A DNA stretch of 64,000 nucleotides from the NCBI GenBank assembly GCA_947625515.1, contig CANQOO010000005.1, forward strand, positions 24,576 through 88,575, given 5' to 3'. Within the stretch, counting starts at the first letter, position 1; every line of letters begins with the position of its first letter. A model generated the notes under the pieces. It had not been told where the DNA came from. It saw only the letters and a program-made list of their open reading frames with translations, and ran no database searches. This document shows positions 48,942 to 57,877 of the stretch, one piece after another. Origin of the DNA: an uncultured Clostridia bacterium. GTDB lineage: Bacteria > Bacillota > Clostridia > Christensenellales > UBA1242. The position numbers and the translations under genes were made by a program.

Positions 48942-49060
48942 ATAAAACTCCTTAAAATTTGTTGACTTTGACGCTTAGCAAAGCCAAAACATTGAAGAAA
49001 ATTAGTCAAAAGGCTGCGTGGCAACATCCGTCTGCACAGCAGAGAACAGTTGGCTTGGTG

Positions 49061-49339
49061 TCAAGAGCGAGCAATGAAAAGCACAATCATTATGCCAAAC
49101 ATCACGAGTGTAAGCACCAAAGCAATCCACTTGAAAGGTTTTTTGTCTTTGTTAAACTTGTTGCCCTTCAAAAAGCCCACGACGTTGATTAAGGCAACAA
49201 TTCCGAGAGCACAAAGCACAAGGATGTAGGTCACATCTGACCAGCTCATCACCCAAAGTGAGAAGTTGTCCCAAAGGTTGCACATCGTTGACATCATAGC
49301 AAAAATTCCTTTTTTTTGAAAATTTTCCTTTTTCTGCAA
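49061..49339 (-). CDS. Small two-TM membrane protein of unknown function
   Basis: 92-aa ORF with two hydrophobic helices. The start is uncertain. Confidence 0.35.
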   Translation of the reverse strand: MQKKENFQKKGIFAMMSTMCNLWDNFSLWVMSWSDVTYILVLCALGIVALINVVGFLKGNKFNKDKKPFKWIALVLTLVMFGIMIVLFIARS

Positions 49340-49497
49340 TATATTAACACATTATTCAAAAGAAAACAACTCTTTTTCCGGAAAAACGGCAAAAAAATTG
49401 AAAAAAACTTTCAAAAATCTGTCAAAACGGCTCAAAAATTTGGAAAATATCTACAAATTTGCTATCATTCTGCTGAGTGAAAAGATTGGAGGGAAAT

Positions 49498-50910
49498 ATG
49501 GAAAAAAGAAAATTGAATAAAACAAAAATTGTTTGCTCAATCGGGCCTGCCACGTCAAATGTGGAGGTTCTTGAAAAACTGATTGATGCGGGCATGAATG
49601 TGGCACGTTTTAACATGAGCCACGGCACGCATGAGAGCCACAAGCAGTTGATTGACGCTGTGCGAGCCGCCCGCGAACGCAAAAGCGAGGCAGTTGCCAT
49701 TCTCATTGACACCAAGGGCCCCGAAATACGCGTGAAGCAGTTTGAAAAGGGCAAAATTTTCTTGCAAAACGGCGACACCTTCGTGCTGACGACAGAGGAT
49801 GTTATTGGAAACGAGCAACGCGTTTCGGTCACATATGCAAAACTTCCAAAAATTGTCACAAAAGGTGCCAAAATTTTGCTAAACGACGGCAACATTGAGC
49901 TTCAAGTGACAAAATCCAAGGGCAAAAATGTGGAATGTGTTGTTGTGAACGGCGGAGAGCTTTCCAACAACAAAAGCATAAACTTGCCTGGCATAAAGAC
50001 GCAAATGCCATATCTTTCCGCCCAAGACAAAAGCGATTTACTGTTTGCCAAGCAGATGCAGGCGGACTACATAGCCATCTCCTTCGTTGGCTGTGCGGAC
50101 GACGTGCTGAGCGTGAAGGAATATTTGCAGCAAATCGATTTTCGGGATGTGAAAATCATTTCCAAGATTGAGAGCGACGAGGGCGTAAAGAATTTTGACC
50201 AAATTTTGCGTGTAAGCGACGGCATTATGGTTGCCCGCGGAGACCTTGGGGTGGAGATTGATTTTGAACGCATCCCTGTGCTGCAAAAAGAGTTCATCAA
50301 AAAGTGCAACGCCGTGGGGAAGATTTCCATCACCGCCACACAAATGCTTGAAAGCATGATTGAAAAGCCTCGCCCAACCCGTGCTGAGATTTCGGATGTG
50401 GCAAACGCCATTTTTGACGGCTCCACAGCCATTATGCTTTCCGGCGAAACTGCCTCCGGGGCACATCCCGTTGAAAGTGTGCTTGCCATGCACCGCATCG
50501 CCCTCGAAACAGAAAAATATGCCGACAGCCAAGCCCCTGCCATTCAAACACGCAACACCTCCCAAAGTCTGGGCTATGCCGCCTATGCTCTTTCTGAAAC
50601 ACGCGGAGTGGAAGGGATTGTTGTGGTGACAAAATCCGGCACAACTGCCAAAAACATCTCCAGGTTCCGCCCACGCGTGCCAATCATTGCCTGCACGCCA
50701 AGCGAAAAAACCTTCCACAACATGAGCCTGCTGTATGCAGTCTGCCCGCTGCTTGACAAAGAATATAAAAGCATCGAGGCGGTCAACAGCAGTTCTCTGC
50801 AAAAAGCACTTTCTTCCGGCCTGGTGCAAGAGGAAGAAAAAGTTGTGCTTGTCAGCGGAGCCAGAGCCGGCAAACGCGGCACCAGCACCATGGTCATAAA
50901 AAAACTTTAA
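49498..50910 (+). CDS. pyk: Pyruvate kinase
   Basis: KTKIVCSIGPAT...MNVARFNMSHG...MVARGDLGVEI. GGAGGG RBS. Confidence 0.9.
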   Translation: MEKRKLNKTKIVCSIGPATSNVEVLEKLIDAGMNVARFNMSHGTHESHKQLIDAVRAARERKSEAVAILIDTKGPEIRVKQFEKGKIFLQNGDTFVLTTEDVIGNEQRVSVTYAKLPKIVTKGAKILLNDGNIELQVTKSKGKNVECVVVNGGELSNNKSINLPGIKTQMPYLSAQDKSDLLFAKQMQADYIAISFVGCADDVLSVKEYLQQIDFRDVKIISKIESDEGVKNFDQILRVSDGIMVARGDLGVEIDFERIPVLQKEFIKKCNAVGKISITATQMLESMIEKPRPTRAEISDVANAIFDGSTAIMLSGETASGAHPVESVLAMHRIALETEKYADSQAPAIQTRNTSQSLGYAAYALSETRGVEGIVVVTKSGTTAKNISRFRPRVPIIACTPSEKTFHNMSLLYAVCPLLDKEYKSIEAVNSSSLQKALSSGLVQEEEKVVLVSGARAGKRGTSTMVIKKL

Positions 50911-51087
50911 CAAAATACAAAAAAAGAATTATAAAACAAAAAAATATTTAAAAAATCAAAATTTTCTTTGAAAAATTTACAAAAAAATCTTCAAAAAAAT
51001 CTTTAAAAAAATTTCTTCAAAAATTATTTATCATAATTAAAAAAACTTATTAAAATAAAACAATCTTCAAAAATATCTATCAAAAAA

Positions 51088-51125
51088 ATGGGCGAAACTT
51101 GCAAATTTGCCCATTTTTGTTTTTC
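51088..51125 (+). terminator. Intrinsic terminator after pyk
   Basis: atgggcgaa-acttgcaa-atttgcccat followed by tttttgttttt. Confidence 0.65.
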
Positions 51126-52527
51126 TATTTTTTCAGACTCTTTGCCACCTCAGTGAGGTTGAGGTGCAGTGCCGGACGGACGGTGTAAGTAACGCTGACA
51201 ACATTGCTAGCCCAGCGGTTACCATCCGGAGCCAGACCACTCACCCTGCTGCCACCAGTAATCCAGCCAGACCGATGCATGGTAAATGGTTGAGCCGTGA
51301 AGCCATAGTTTCCGTTACCAACCGTGCCACGGTAGGCACTGGAATTTAATTTTCTTTGAGCAGTGGATGTCTTCCAAATTCCGTTATAGTTGTCTTTATA
51401 GCCCGTCTCTGAATATGACGTTAACCACAGATAGTCGTCTTTCCAAGCATCGTTGCCAGCCTTGCCTTCAAAATGATTATTTTCATAGAAATTCCCCACT
51501 GTCGTATTTTGTGACCAGTTTTCATTTGGCAGATTATATGTTACATAATCTCCTCCCACTTCCGATGCTTTCTGCCCATCTTCCTGCCATGACACATGTT
51601 CGGGAGTAACTAAATATTTTGTCAAGCCAAATTGTGCCATTGTGAAAAGTGCAAACGCGTTGCTCTCGCTTTGCGTTGCAGCGGAGAGTGTAGTGATAGA
51701 TGTGGCATAATTCCCGCCATTGTTCAAAACAACGGCACTCATGTAGGACATTCCATACATATGGGATGGATAATCCACTGTGGAGCTATCATCCATCCAA
51801 TCCGCTGACCAATCACTATATAATGCCCCATCCAAGAAACCATAATATTCCCCCTCATCTGCCTTTCGGTCAGCCCATGCGTCTTGCTGATTGTCCGCCA
51901 GCCAGAGTGTTAAAATCACGTCGTGCGGCTCACTGTCTTTGCCCTCATTTGTGGTGGAAAGATATACTGGCGTCCATTTAAGCCCGCCAAGTTCAACAAT
52001 AATCTCTGCTTCGTAACTCTTGGCGGAGACAGCATAGTCGTCGTTCGCAGAGGCTGAGTTTGCAGGAATTAAATATTCTCTTGATGTGGCGTGATTCGCA
52101 GAAACAGAAGCGGCATTTGCGGATGCATAATAAGCAGCACCACCAGCGGCAGATTTTGTAGCAGCAGACAAATCCTCGTCCGCAGACGCGGAGTTCACCT
52201 TGTTGTAGTTTGCAATCATGTCTTCTGAGGTCATCCTTGTTGCTGCAAGAGCCTCAATCGGTGCCATGTTGTCCACCGTCGCTGTGTTGTCGCCTGAGAT
52301 GTTCCACAAAAGTTTGTTGACGTTGCTCTTGTCAAAAATTTGTGACACACGGTCCCATAGGTCCTGTGGAATGTCATAAATAACAGAAAAGCCGCCCTCG
52401 ATTCCGGTCGAAAGAGCAGCCAAAACAATGTTAGCCATAGTGCAAGTGATAACAAAAATGAAAAGACATATGAAGCCTGTATATTTTAGCTTATCAAAAA
52501 TCCCCCCCCCGCAAATTTTCGCTTCAT
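51125..52527 (-). CDS. Paralog A of a secreted/anchored protein family (C-terminal ...WLRSG/VRPALHLNL module). As sequenced, the reading frame is interrupted at a G9 tract
   Basis: RBS plus ATG at 52527 opens MKRKFAGGGFLIS*. The long ORF (track 51125-52438) is in the +1 frame. One extra G fuses them to give MKRKFAGGGIFDKLKYTGFICLFIFVITCTMANIVLAAL.... Confidence 0.75.
52502..52510 (-). repeat. Homopolymeric G9 (C9 on plus strand) in codons 6-9 of paralog A
   Basis: Counted directly: t ccccccccc g. Confidence 0.95.
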
Positions 52528-52632
52528 TTTCATTTCTCCTTTTTTATAGCATTTTCTCTCAAAATTTGAAATTGATAACATTTTTATTGATATATTTTGT
52601 TCAAAGATATCAATATATCAAAATTCTATTAT

Positions 52633-52661
52633 ATTATCTCAAAAAAATTTATTTTTGTCAA
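52633..52661 (-). promoter_or_regulatory. Sigma-70-type promoter of paralog A
   Basis: Minus strand: TTGACA-17 nt-GATAAT. Confidence 0.6.
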
Positions 52662-52682
52662 GCAAAAATTTCAGCGATAAAG

Positions 52683-52711
52683 AAAAAATCTCTGCAAAAG
52701 AGAGATTTTTT
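52683..52711. terminator. Hairpin terminator between paralogs B and A
   Basis: aaaaaatctct-gcaaaag-agagatttttt. Confidence 0.6.
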
Positions 52712-52839
52712 TACAAATCGCCAAAAATTTGTTTTTTTCAAACAATTTTTCATATTTCAACTGTTGTTGGCTTCGATGTTTAACCTTCCCCTGTTGTGGA
52801 CTTTTGATTGCAAACTTTGTTGCAAAATTTTGCTTTTGC

Positions 52840-54248
52840 CTAGTTTTTCAAACTTTTTGCCACCGCGGTGAGATTGAGGTGAAGTGCCGGTCGCACAGCA
52901 AATGAATTGCTGCTGACACGATATTGGTGCCATCCCTCGACTCCTGTATACAGACAAAAAGCATTGTAGGCATTATCTTTGCAGCCCGACCGAAGCCAGG
53001 TATATGGGTAAACCGGGCCCGTGACTGAGCCAACAGTTCCACTCACACTTGTCTTGCTGAGAAATCTTTGAGCAGTTGAGGTTTTCCAGATTCCGTTGGA
53101 GGTGTCATTGCTTCCAGTTTCTGAAAGTGACGGAAGCCAAAGAAAGTCGTTTTTCCAAGCGTCATTGCTCTCTTTTCCAGCATAGTTGAATTGCCCATCA
53201 TTATAAAAATCCGTATTTGGGACTTTTTCATTATTTCCCCAGTTTTCGTTCGGAAGGTCATAATCAAGGTCATCTATTTGCTCTTTTGCACTTTGGCCGC
53301 TTTCTTGCCAGGAAACTTGCCCGGGTGTTACAATGAAATTGGTCAAGCCAAACTTTTCCATCGTGAAAAGTGCAAATGGATTGCTGTCACTCTGTTCAGC
53401 TGACAACATTTTCGTTCCTGATGTGGCATAACTTCCACCATTATTGAGTGTCACCGCTTTTATATAAGATGTCCCATACATATCGGATGGATATGTTTCT
53501 GTTGGGTTGTCCTTAAACCAATTTGCAGACCAGTCGCTATACAATGCCCCGTCCAAAAAGCCATAATACAGACCTTCATCATTTTTTCGGTCAGCCCAAG
53601 CGTCTTGCTGATTGTCCGCCAACCACAAAGTTAAAATCACATCGTGCGGCTCACTGTCTTTTCCCTCATTTGTGGTGGAAAGATAGACTGGCGTCCATTT
53701 AAGCCCGCCCAGTTCAACAATAATTTCCGCATCATAACTTTTGGCGGAGACGGAATAATCCTCGCTCACAAAGGCTGAGTTTGCAGGAATTAAATATTCG
53801 CTTGATGTGGCGGGATTCGCAGAAACAGAAGCGGTATTTGCGGATGCATAATAAGCGGCATCAGCAGATGCATAGTTTGCATACGCATACAAATCCTCGT
53901 CCACAGATGCGGGGTTCACCTTGTTGTAGTTTGCAATCATGTCCGCAGAGGTCAGCTTGGTTGCTGCAAGGGCCTCAATCGGTGCCATATTGTCCACCGT
54001 CGCAGTGTTGTCGCCTGAGATGTTCCACAACAGTTTGTTCACATTGCTTTTGTCAAAGATTTGTGACACTCGGTCCCATAGGTCCTGAGGAATATCGTAG
54101 ATAACAGAAAAGCCGCCCTCGATTCCGGTCGAAAGAGCAGCCAAAACAATGTTAGCCATAGTGCAAGTGATAACAAAAAGGAACAGCAAAACAAAGCCGG
54201 TGTATTTTAACTTATCAAAAATCCCCCCCCCGCGAATTTACGTCTCAT
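52840..54248 (-). CDS. Paralog B of the same family; frame interrupted at a G9 tract
   Basis: GGAGAGG RBS plus ATG at 54248 opens MRRKFAGGGFLIS*. The long ORF is +1. G10 would give MRRKFAGGGIFDKLKYTGFVLLFLFVITCTMANIV.... Confidence 0.75.
54223..54231 (-). repeat. Homopolymeric G9 in codons 6-9 of paralog B
   Basis: Counted directly: at cccccccc c gcg. Confidence 0.95.
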
Positions 54249-54436
54249 GTTTGCCTCTCCTTTTTCTTAATATTATTTTCATTCAAATTTTAAATTTGAT
54301 AACTTTTTGTTGATATTTTAAATGAAAACAATTTACTTTGAATTTGTTATTTCTGAAAACGCCTTCACTTGTTTCAAACTATTTAATAAAATTTTGGTTC
54401 GAAACTTGATATTCAAATATCCATATATTCTTTTTT

Positions 54437-54465
54437 ATTATCTCAAAAAAAATTATATTTGTCAA
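54437..54465 (-). promoter_or_regulatory. Sigma-70-type promoter of paralog B
   Basis: Minus strand: TTGACA-17 nt-GATAAT. Its context is homologous to the paralog A promoter. Confidence 0.6.
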
Positions 54466-54484
54466 GCAAAAATTTCCGTGATAT

Positions 54485-54515
54485 AAAAAAATCTCTGCCA
54501 AAGCGAGATTTTTTA
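54485..54515. terminator. Hairpin terminator between paralogs C and B
   Basis: aaaaaaatctctgc-caaa-gcgagatttttt. Confidence 0.55.
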
Positions 54516-54613
54516 TTTCAAATTGCAAAAATGTTTTATTTTTCAAATTAATTTTTCACATTCAACTGTTGTTGCTTCTGATTGCAAACTTTGTTGCAAA
54601 ATTTTGCTTTTGC

Positions 54614-55965
54614 CTAATTTTTCAAACTTTTTGCCACCGCGGTGAGATTGAGGTGCAGTGCCGGTCGCACAGCACAACAATCTGCGGTATGTGGATCAGA
54701 AGATATAGTAGCTCTGCCACTGTCATACATAACATATGCTTTATCCACCTCATTGGTGCCAGTTCGAAGCCATGAGCAGTGGTGAGCTGTCCTGCCACTG
54801 CCGCTGCTAGTTTTGCCGACCTCCCCCATCGTTATATACCATCCGCTTTGCTCATTTGTTACAAATCTGAGAGCTCTTTGAGAAACCGTAGTTTTCCAAA
54901 TGCCATTGAATGTACTATCGTTGCCCGTTTCAGATATAGATGGAAGCCAAAGATAGTCATCTTTCCAAGAGTCATTGCCATCTTTGCCAGCGTAGTTGAA
55001 TTCCCCATTATTATAAAAATCTGTGTCAGGAACCTGCTCCTTATTGTTCGCCCAGTTTTCGTTTGGACAGTTGTATGATGAGATGCCACTTATTTGATTT
55101 TTTGCACTTTGACCACTTTCCTGCCAAGATACATGCTCTGGTGTCACAATATATTGTGTAAGCCCAAATTCCGGCATTGTGAATGCCGCAAAAACACTGT
55201 CCTTGTTTTGTTCAACTGTTGTTGTTTGAGTTCTGGTTTTGGCATAGACACCGCCATTGTTAAGAATCACAGCACTCATATAGGATGTCCCATACATATT
55301 AGACGGATATTCTTGTTGGTCACTAATATCATAATAACCTGACCAAACGCCATACAATCCACCATCTAAGAAACCATAACAATCGTCCTCGTCGGCGGCT
55401 CTATCCACCCAAGCATCTTGTTCGTTGTCTGTCAACCAAAGAGTGAGAATCACGTCGTGCGGCTCATTGTCTTTGCCCTCATTTGTTGTGGAAAGAAAGA
55501 CTGGAGTCCATTTAAGTCCGCCTAATGTGATTATAATTTCCGCATCATTGCTCATTGCAGAGATAGAATAGTCCTCGTTCGCAGATTTAAAGTTCGCGGA
55601 TGCAGACAAATCTTCGTCCGCAGATGCAGGGTTCACCTTGTTGTAGTTTGCAATCATGTCCGCAGAGGTCATCCTGCCTGCTGCAAGGGCCTCAATCGGT
55701 GCCATGTTGTCCACCGTCGCTGTGCTGTCGCCTGAAATGTGCCACAAAAGTTTGTTGACATTGCTCTTGTCAAAAACTTGTGACACACGGTCCCATAGGT
55801 CCTGCGGAATATCGTAGATAACAGAAAAGCCGCCCTCGATTCCTGTCGAAAGAGCAGCCAAAACAATGTTAGCCATAGTGCAAGTGATAACAAAGAGAAA
55901 CAAGCAAACAAAGCCGGTTAATTTTAGCTTATCAAAAATCCCCCCCCCGCAAATTTTCGCTTCAT
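54614..55965 (-). CDS. Paralog C of the same family; frame interrupted at a G9 tract
   Basis: AGGAGA RBS plus ATG at 55965 opens MKRKFAGGGFLIS*. The long ORF is +1. G10 would give MKRKFAGGGIFDKLKLTGFVCLFLFVITCTMANIV.... Confidence 0.75.
55940..55948 (-). repeat. Homopolymeric G9 in codons 6-9 of paralog C
   Basis: Counted directly: c cccccccc gc. Confidence 0.95.
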
Positions 55966-56126
55966 AGACATTTCTCCTTTTTCATCAACGCCACGTGCCG
56001 CAACAGATTTGCAATCATTTGCAAATTTTATTTATTATTTGCAACCAGCCCGCATTTTACAACGCAGTTTTATGCAAAATATCAATTTTTTGTTGCTTTC
56101 AGTGGCAATAATTCAATTTCATTTCT

Positions 56127-56155
56127 ATTCTACTATTTTTTGCACAGCCTGTCAA
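56127..56155 (-). promoter_or_regulatory. Sigma-70-type promoter of paralog C
   Basis: Minus strand: TTGACA-17 nt-TAGAAT. Confidence 0.55.
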
Positions 56156-56545
56156 GCAAATTTTCAATTTGGCATATAATTTTCATATTTTACATCCCGT
56201 AATTCAAATCTTATTTTTCTCCTAACATTTTATTTTTCTCATCCCATCTACCTAATTTCGCCTTCATCGCCCACTCTTTTTCCCAAATTCCACACATCCT
56301 TCCAAATCCACACATGCAATTTTTTTCGTTTCTCGCCGCCTTTATTTTATCGCGGAGTCTTGTGTCTAATTTTTAGGCTTGCCACTTTTACATCGAAAAC
56401 ATCGCACCGGCAAACAACATTCCGAGGATGGGCGAAAATCATGCCAAGGGCAGGAATATATCAAAGATGGGCAAAAAATGTTCCAGCGGTGGACGAAAAA
56501 TTTTCATATAAAACATGCCAATTTTATTTTTTTTGCGAAATTAAA

Positions 56546-56574
56546 TTGACATCGCCAGAAAAATATGTTAACAT
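56546..56574 (+). promoter_or_regulatory. Sigma-70-type promoter (extended -10) directing transcription toward the tRNA-Thr locus
   Basis: TTGACA-17 nt-(TGT)TAACAT. Confidence 0.55.
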
Positions 56575-56797
56575 ATCAAAGCAGTTAGATTTCCAGTTGA
56601 AGTTTGAGCAGACGCCAAAGAAGTTGCAATATCATGAACTTGCCCTTTATGAAGCCTCTGTGTAATTGGCAATGGTTCCCTACGACTCCATACAATTCCA
56701 CTCAATTCAATTGTCTATCTGCTCAATTATCAAAAACCGAGCGTCTGTCCACTCAAAAAATCGAGTGCAGAAGAATCACCAAGCAACTTGTTTGTAT

Positions 56798-56836
56798 GCT
56801 GATGTGGCTCAGTCGGTAGAGCGTCGCCTTGGTAAG
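56798..56836 (+). pseudogene. Truncated tRNA-Thr(GGT) 5' half, ending just after the anticodon loop
   Basis: GCTGATGTGGCTCAGTCGGTAGAGCGTCGCCTTGGTAAG is followed by unrelated sequence. Its acceptor and D arm differ from the intact copy 52 nt downstream. Confidence 0.8.
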
Positions 56837-56888
56837 ACAAAAAAGTGGCATTTTGCAGGTGTAAAAAACAACTAAATATCCCCAATTT

Positions 56889-56963
56889 GCTGGTGTGGCT
56901 TAGTGGGAAAGCGCGGCCTTGGTAAGGCCGAGAGAGCGGGTCCGATCCCCGCCACCAGCTCCA
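56889..56963 (+). tRNA. tRNA-Thr (anticodon GGT), CCA encoded
   Basis: The full cloverleaf was checked by hand: acceptor GCTGGTG/CACCAGC, anticodon arm CGGCC-TTGGTAA-GGCCG, T arm GCGGG/CCCGC. Confidence 0.9.
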
Positions 56964-56970
56964 TAAAAAA

Positions 56971-57004
56971 GTGTCTAAAATCCTTTATTTTAGGCACTTT
57001 TTTT
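56971..57004 (+). terminator. Intrinsic terminator after tRNA-Thr(GGT)
   Basis: gtgtctaaaat-ccttt-attttaggcac followed by a T-run. Confidence 0.8.
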
Positions 57005-57170
57005 ATTTTTTCATAACAACTAAAAATTTTCAAAAATCTTTACACTTTTTACACTTAGCACAAAAAAAAGGACCGAAGTTCACATTTTTTGAACTTCGGT
57101 CCAATTCGTTCTAAAACTGCCAAAAACTTGTATATTTGTTGTCAACTGTTGTCAAATTGTTGTCAGTTTT

Positions 57171-57877
57171 TTACATTTCAAAATCTTTTTCTCGTTTTCT
57201 TTTTCGTTCTTCTCTTTCTTTCATAAGTTTTTCAAACAAGGCGTCAAGCTCATCATCAGTAAATTGTGTGGTAGGGCTGTCATCTTGTTCGGTTGAATTG
57301 CTTTCATTTACAATATTGTTTTCTTTAATTCTTTCATTAAGTTTGTCAGTTGTTTGCCGTATATACTCATTGTCAACAGAATTATAGACTGTAATTGTCG
57401 TCTTTACATCTCTATGGCCTAAAAGTTGTTGTATAACTTTTGGATTTTCGTTCATTTCAAACAACATATTTGAAAAAGTTGCGTGACCGCTTGTTCAATT
57501 TTTAAGCGTTTGTTCTCAAAATCAACATTCGACCACTTCAAAGCAAGAGCTTCGCCAATTCGTAGTCCAGAAAACATTAAGACAACGCACAATGGCTTGA
57601 TAAAGTTTGCTTCGTCCTTATTTAATGCTTCTAAAAACTTTTTCCTAATTTCTGGTGTAAGCACTTTATATTTTTCTTTTTTGTTATTTCTGTCTTGGCT
57701 TTTTAATTTTATCTTCGAGACGGGATTAACTGAAATCCATTTATTGTCAATGGCATAATCAAAAAATTGTCCCAAAATGTGCTTGTTCTTTTTTATTGTG
57801 TCGCTGGCATAACCACCGTCAACCATATTGTTTATAAGTTTTTGAACAGTCATAGTGTCTATATCATAAACTTTCAT
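57171..57877 (-). pseudogene. Tyrosine recombinase/integrase remnant (internal deletion plus frameshift)
   Basis: ORF 57452-57877 carries ...FSGLRIGEALALKWSNVDFENKRLKIEQ. ORF 57171-57467 carries ...(GHATFSN)MLFEMNENPKVIQQLLGHRDVKTTITVYNSV. The roughly 100 aa that normally lie between them are missing. Confidence 0.75.

Noticed and set aside
50911-51087. A-rich 180-bp tract with roughly 12-14-bp phased A-runs after pyk
   Set aside because: It lies between convergent genes, is low-complexity, and has no ORF or structure. It is probably just an AT-rich spacer or bent DNA and is not supportable as a feature.
51125-56155. DGR or invertible-promoter (shufflon) control of the three paralogs
   Set aside because: There is no reverse transcriptase or template repeat. 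I found no inverted repeats bracketing the promoters. The only recombinase nearby (57171-57877) is a broken phage-type integrase.
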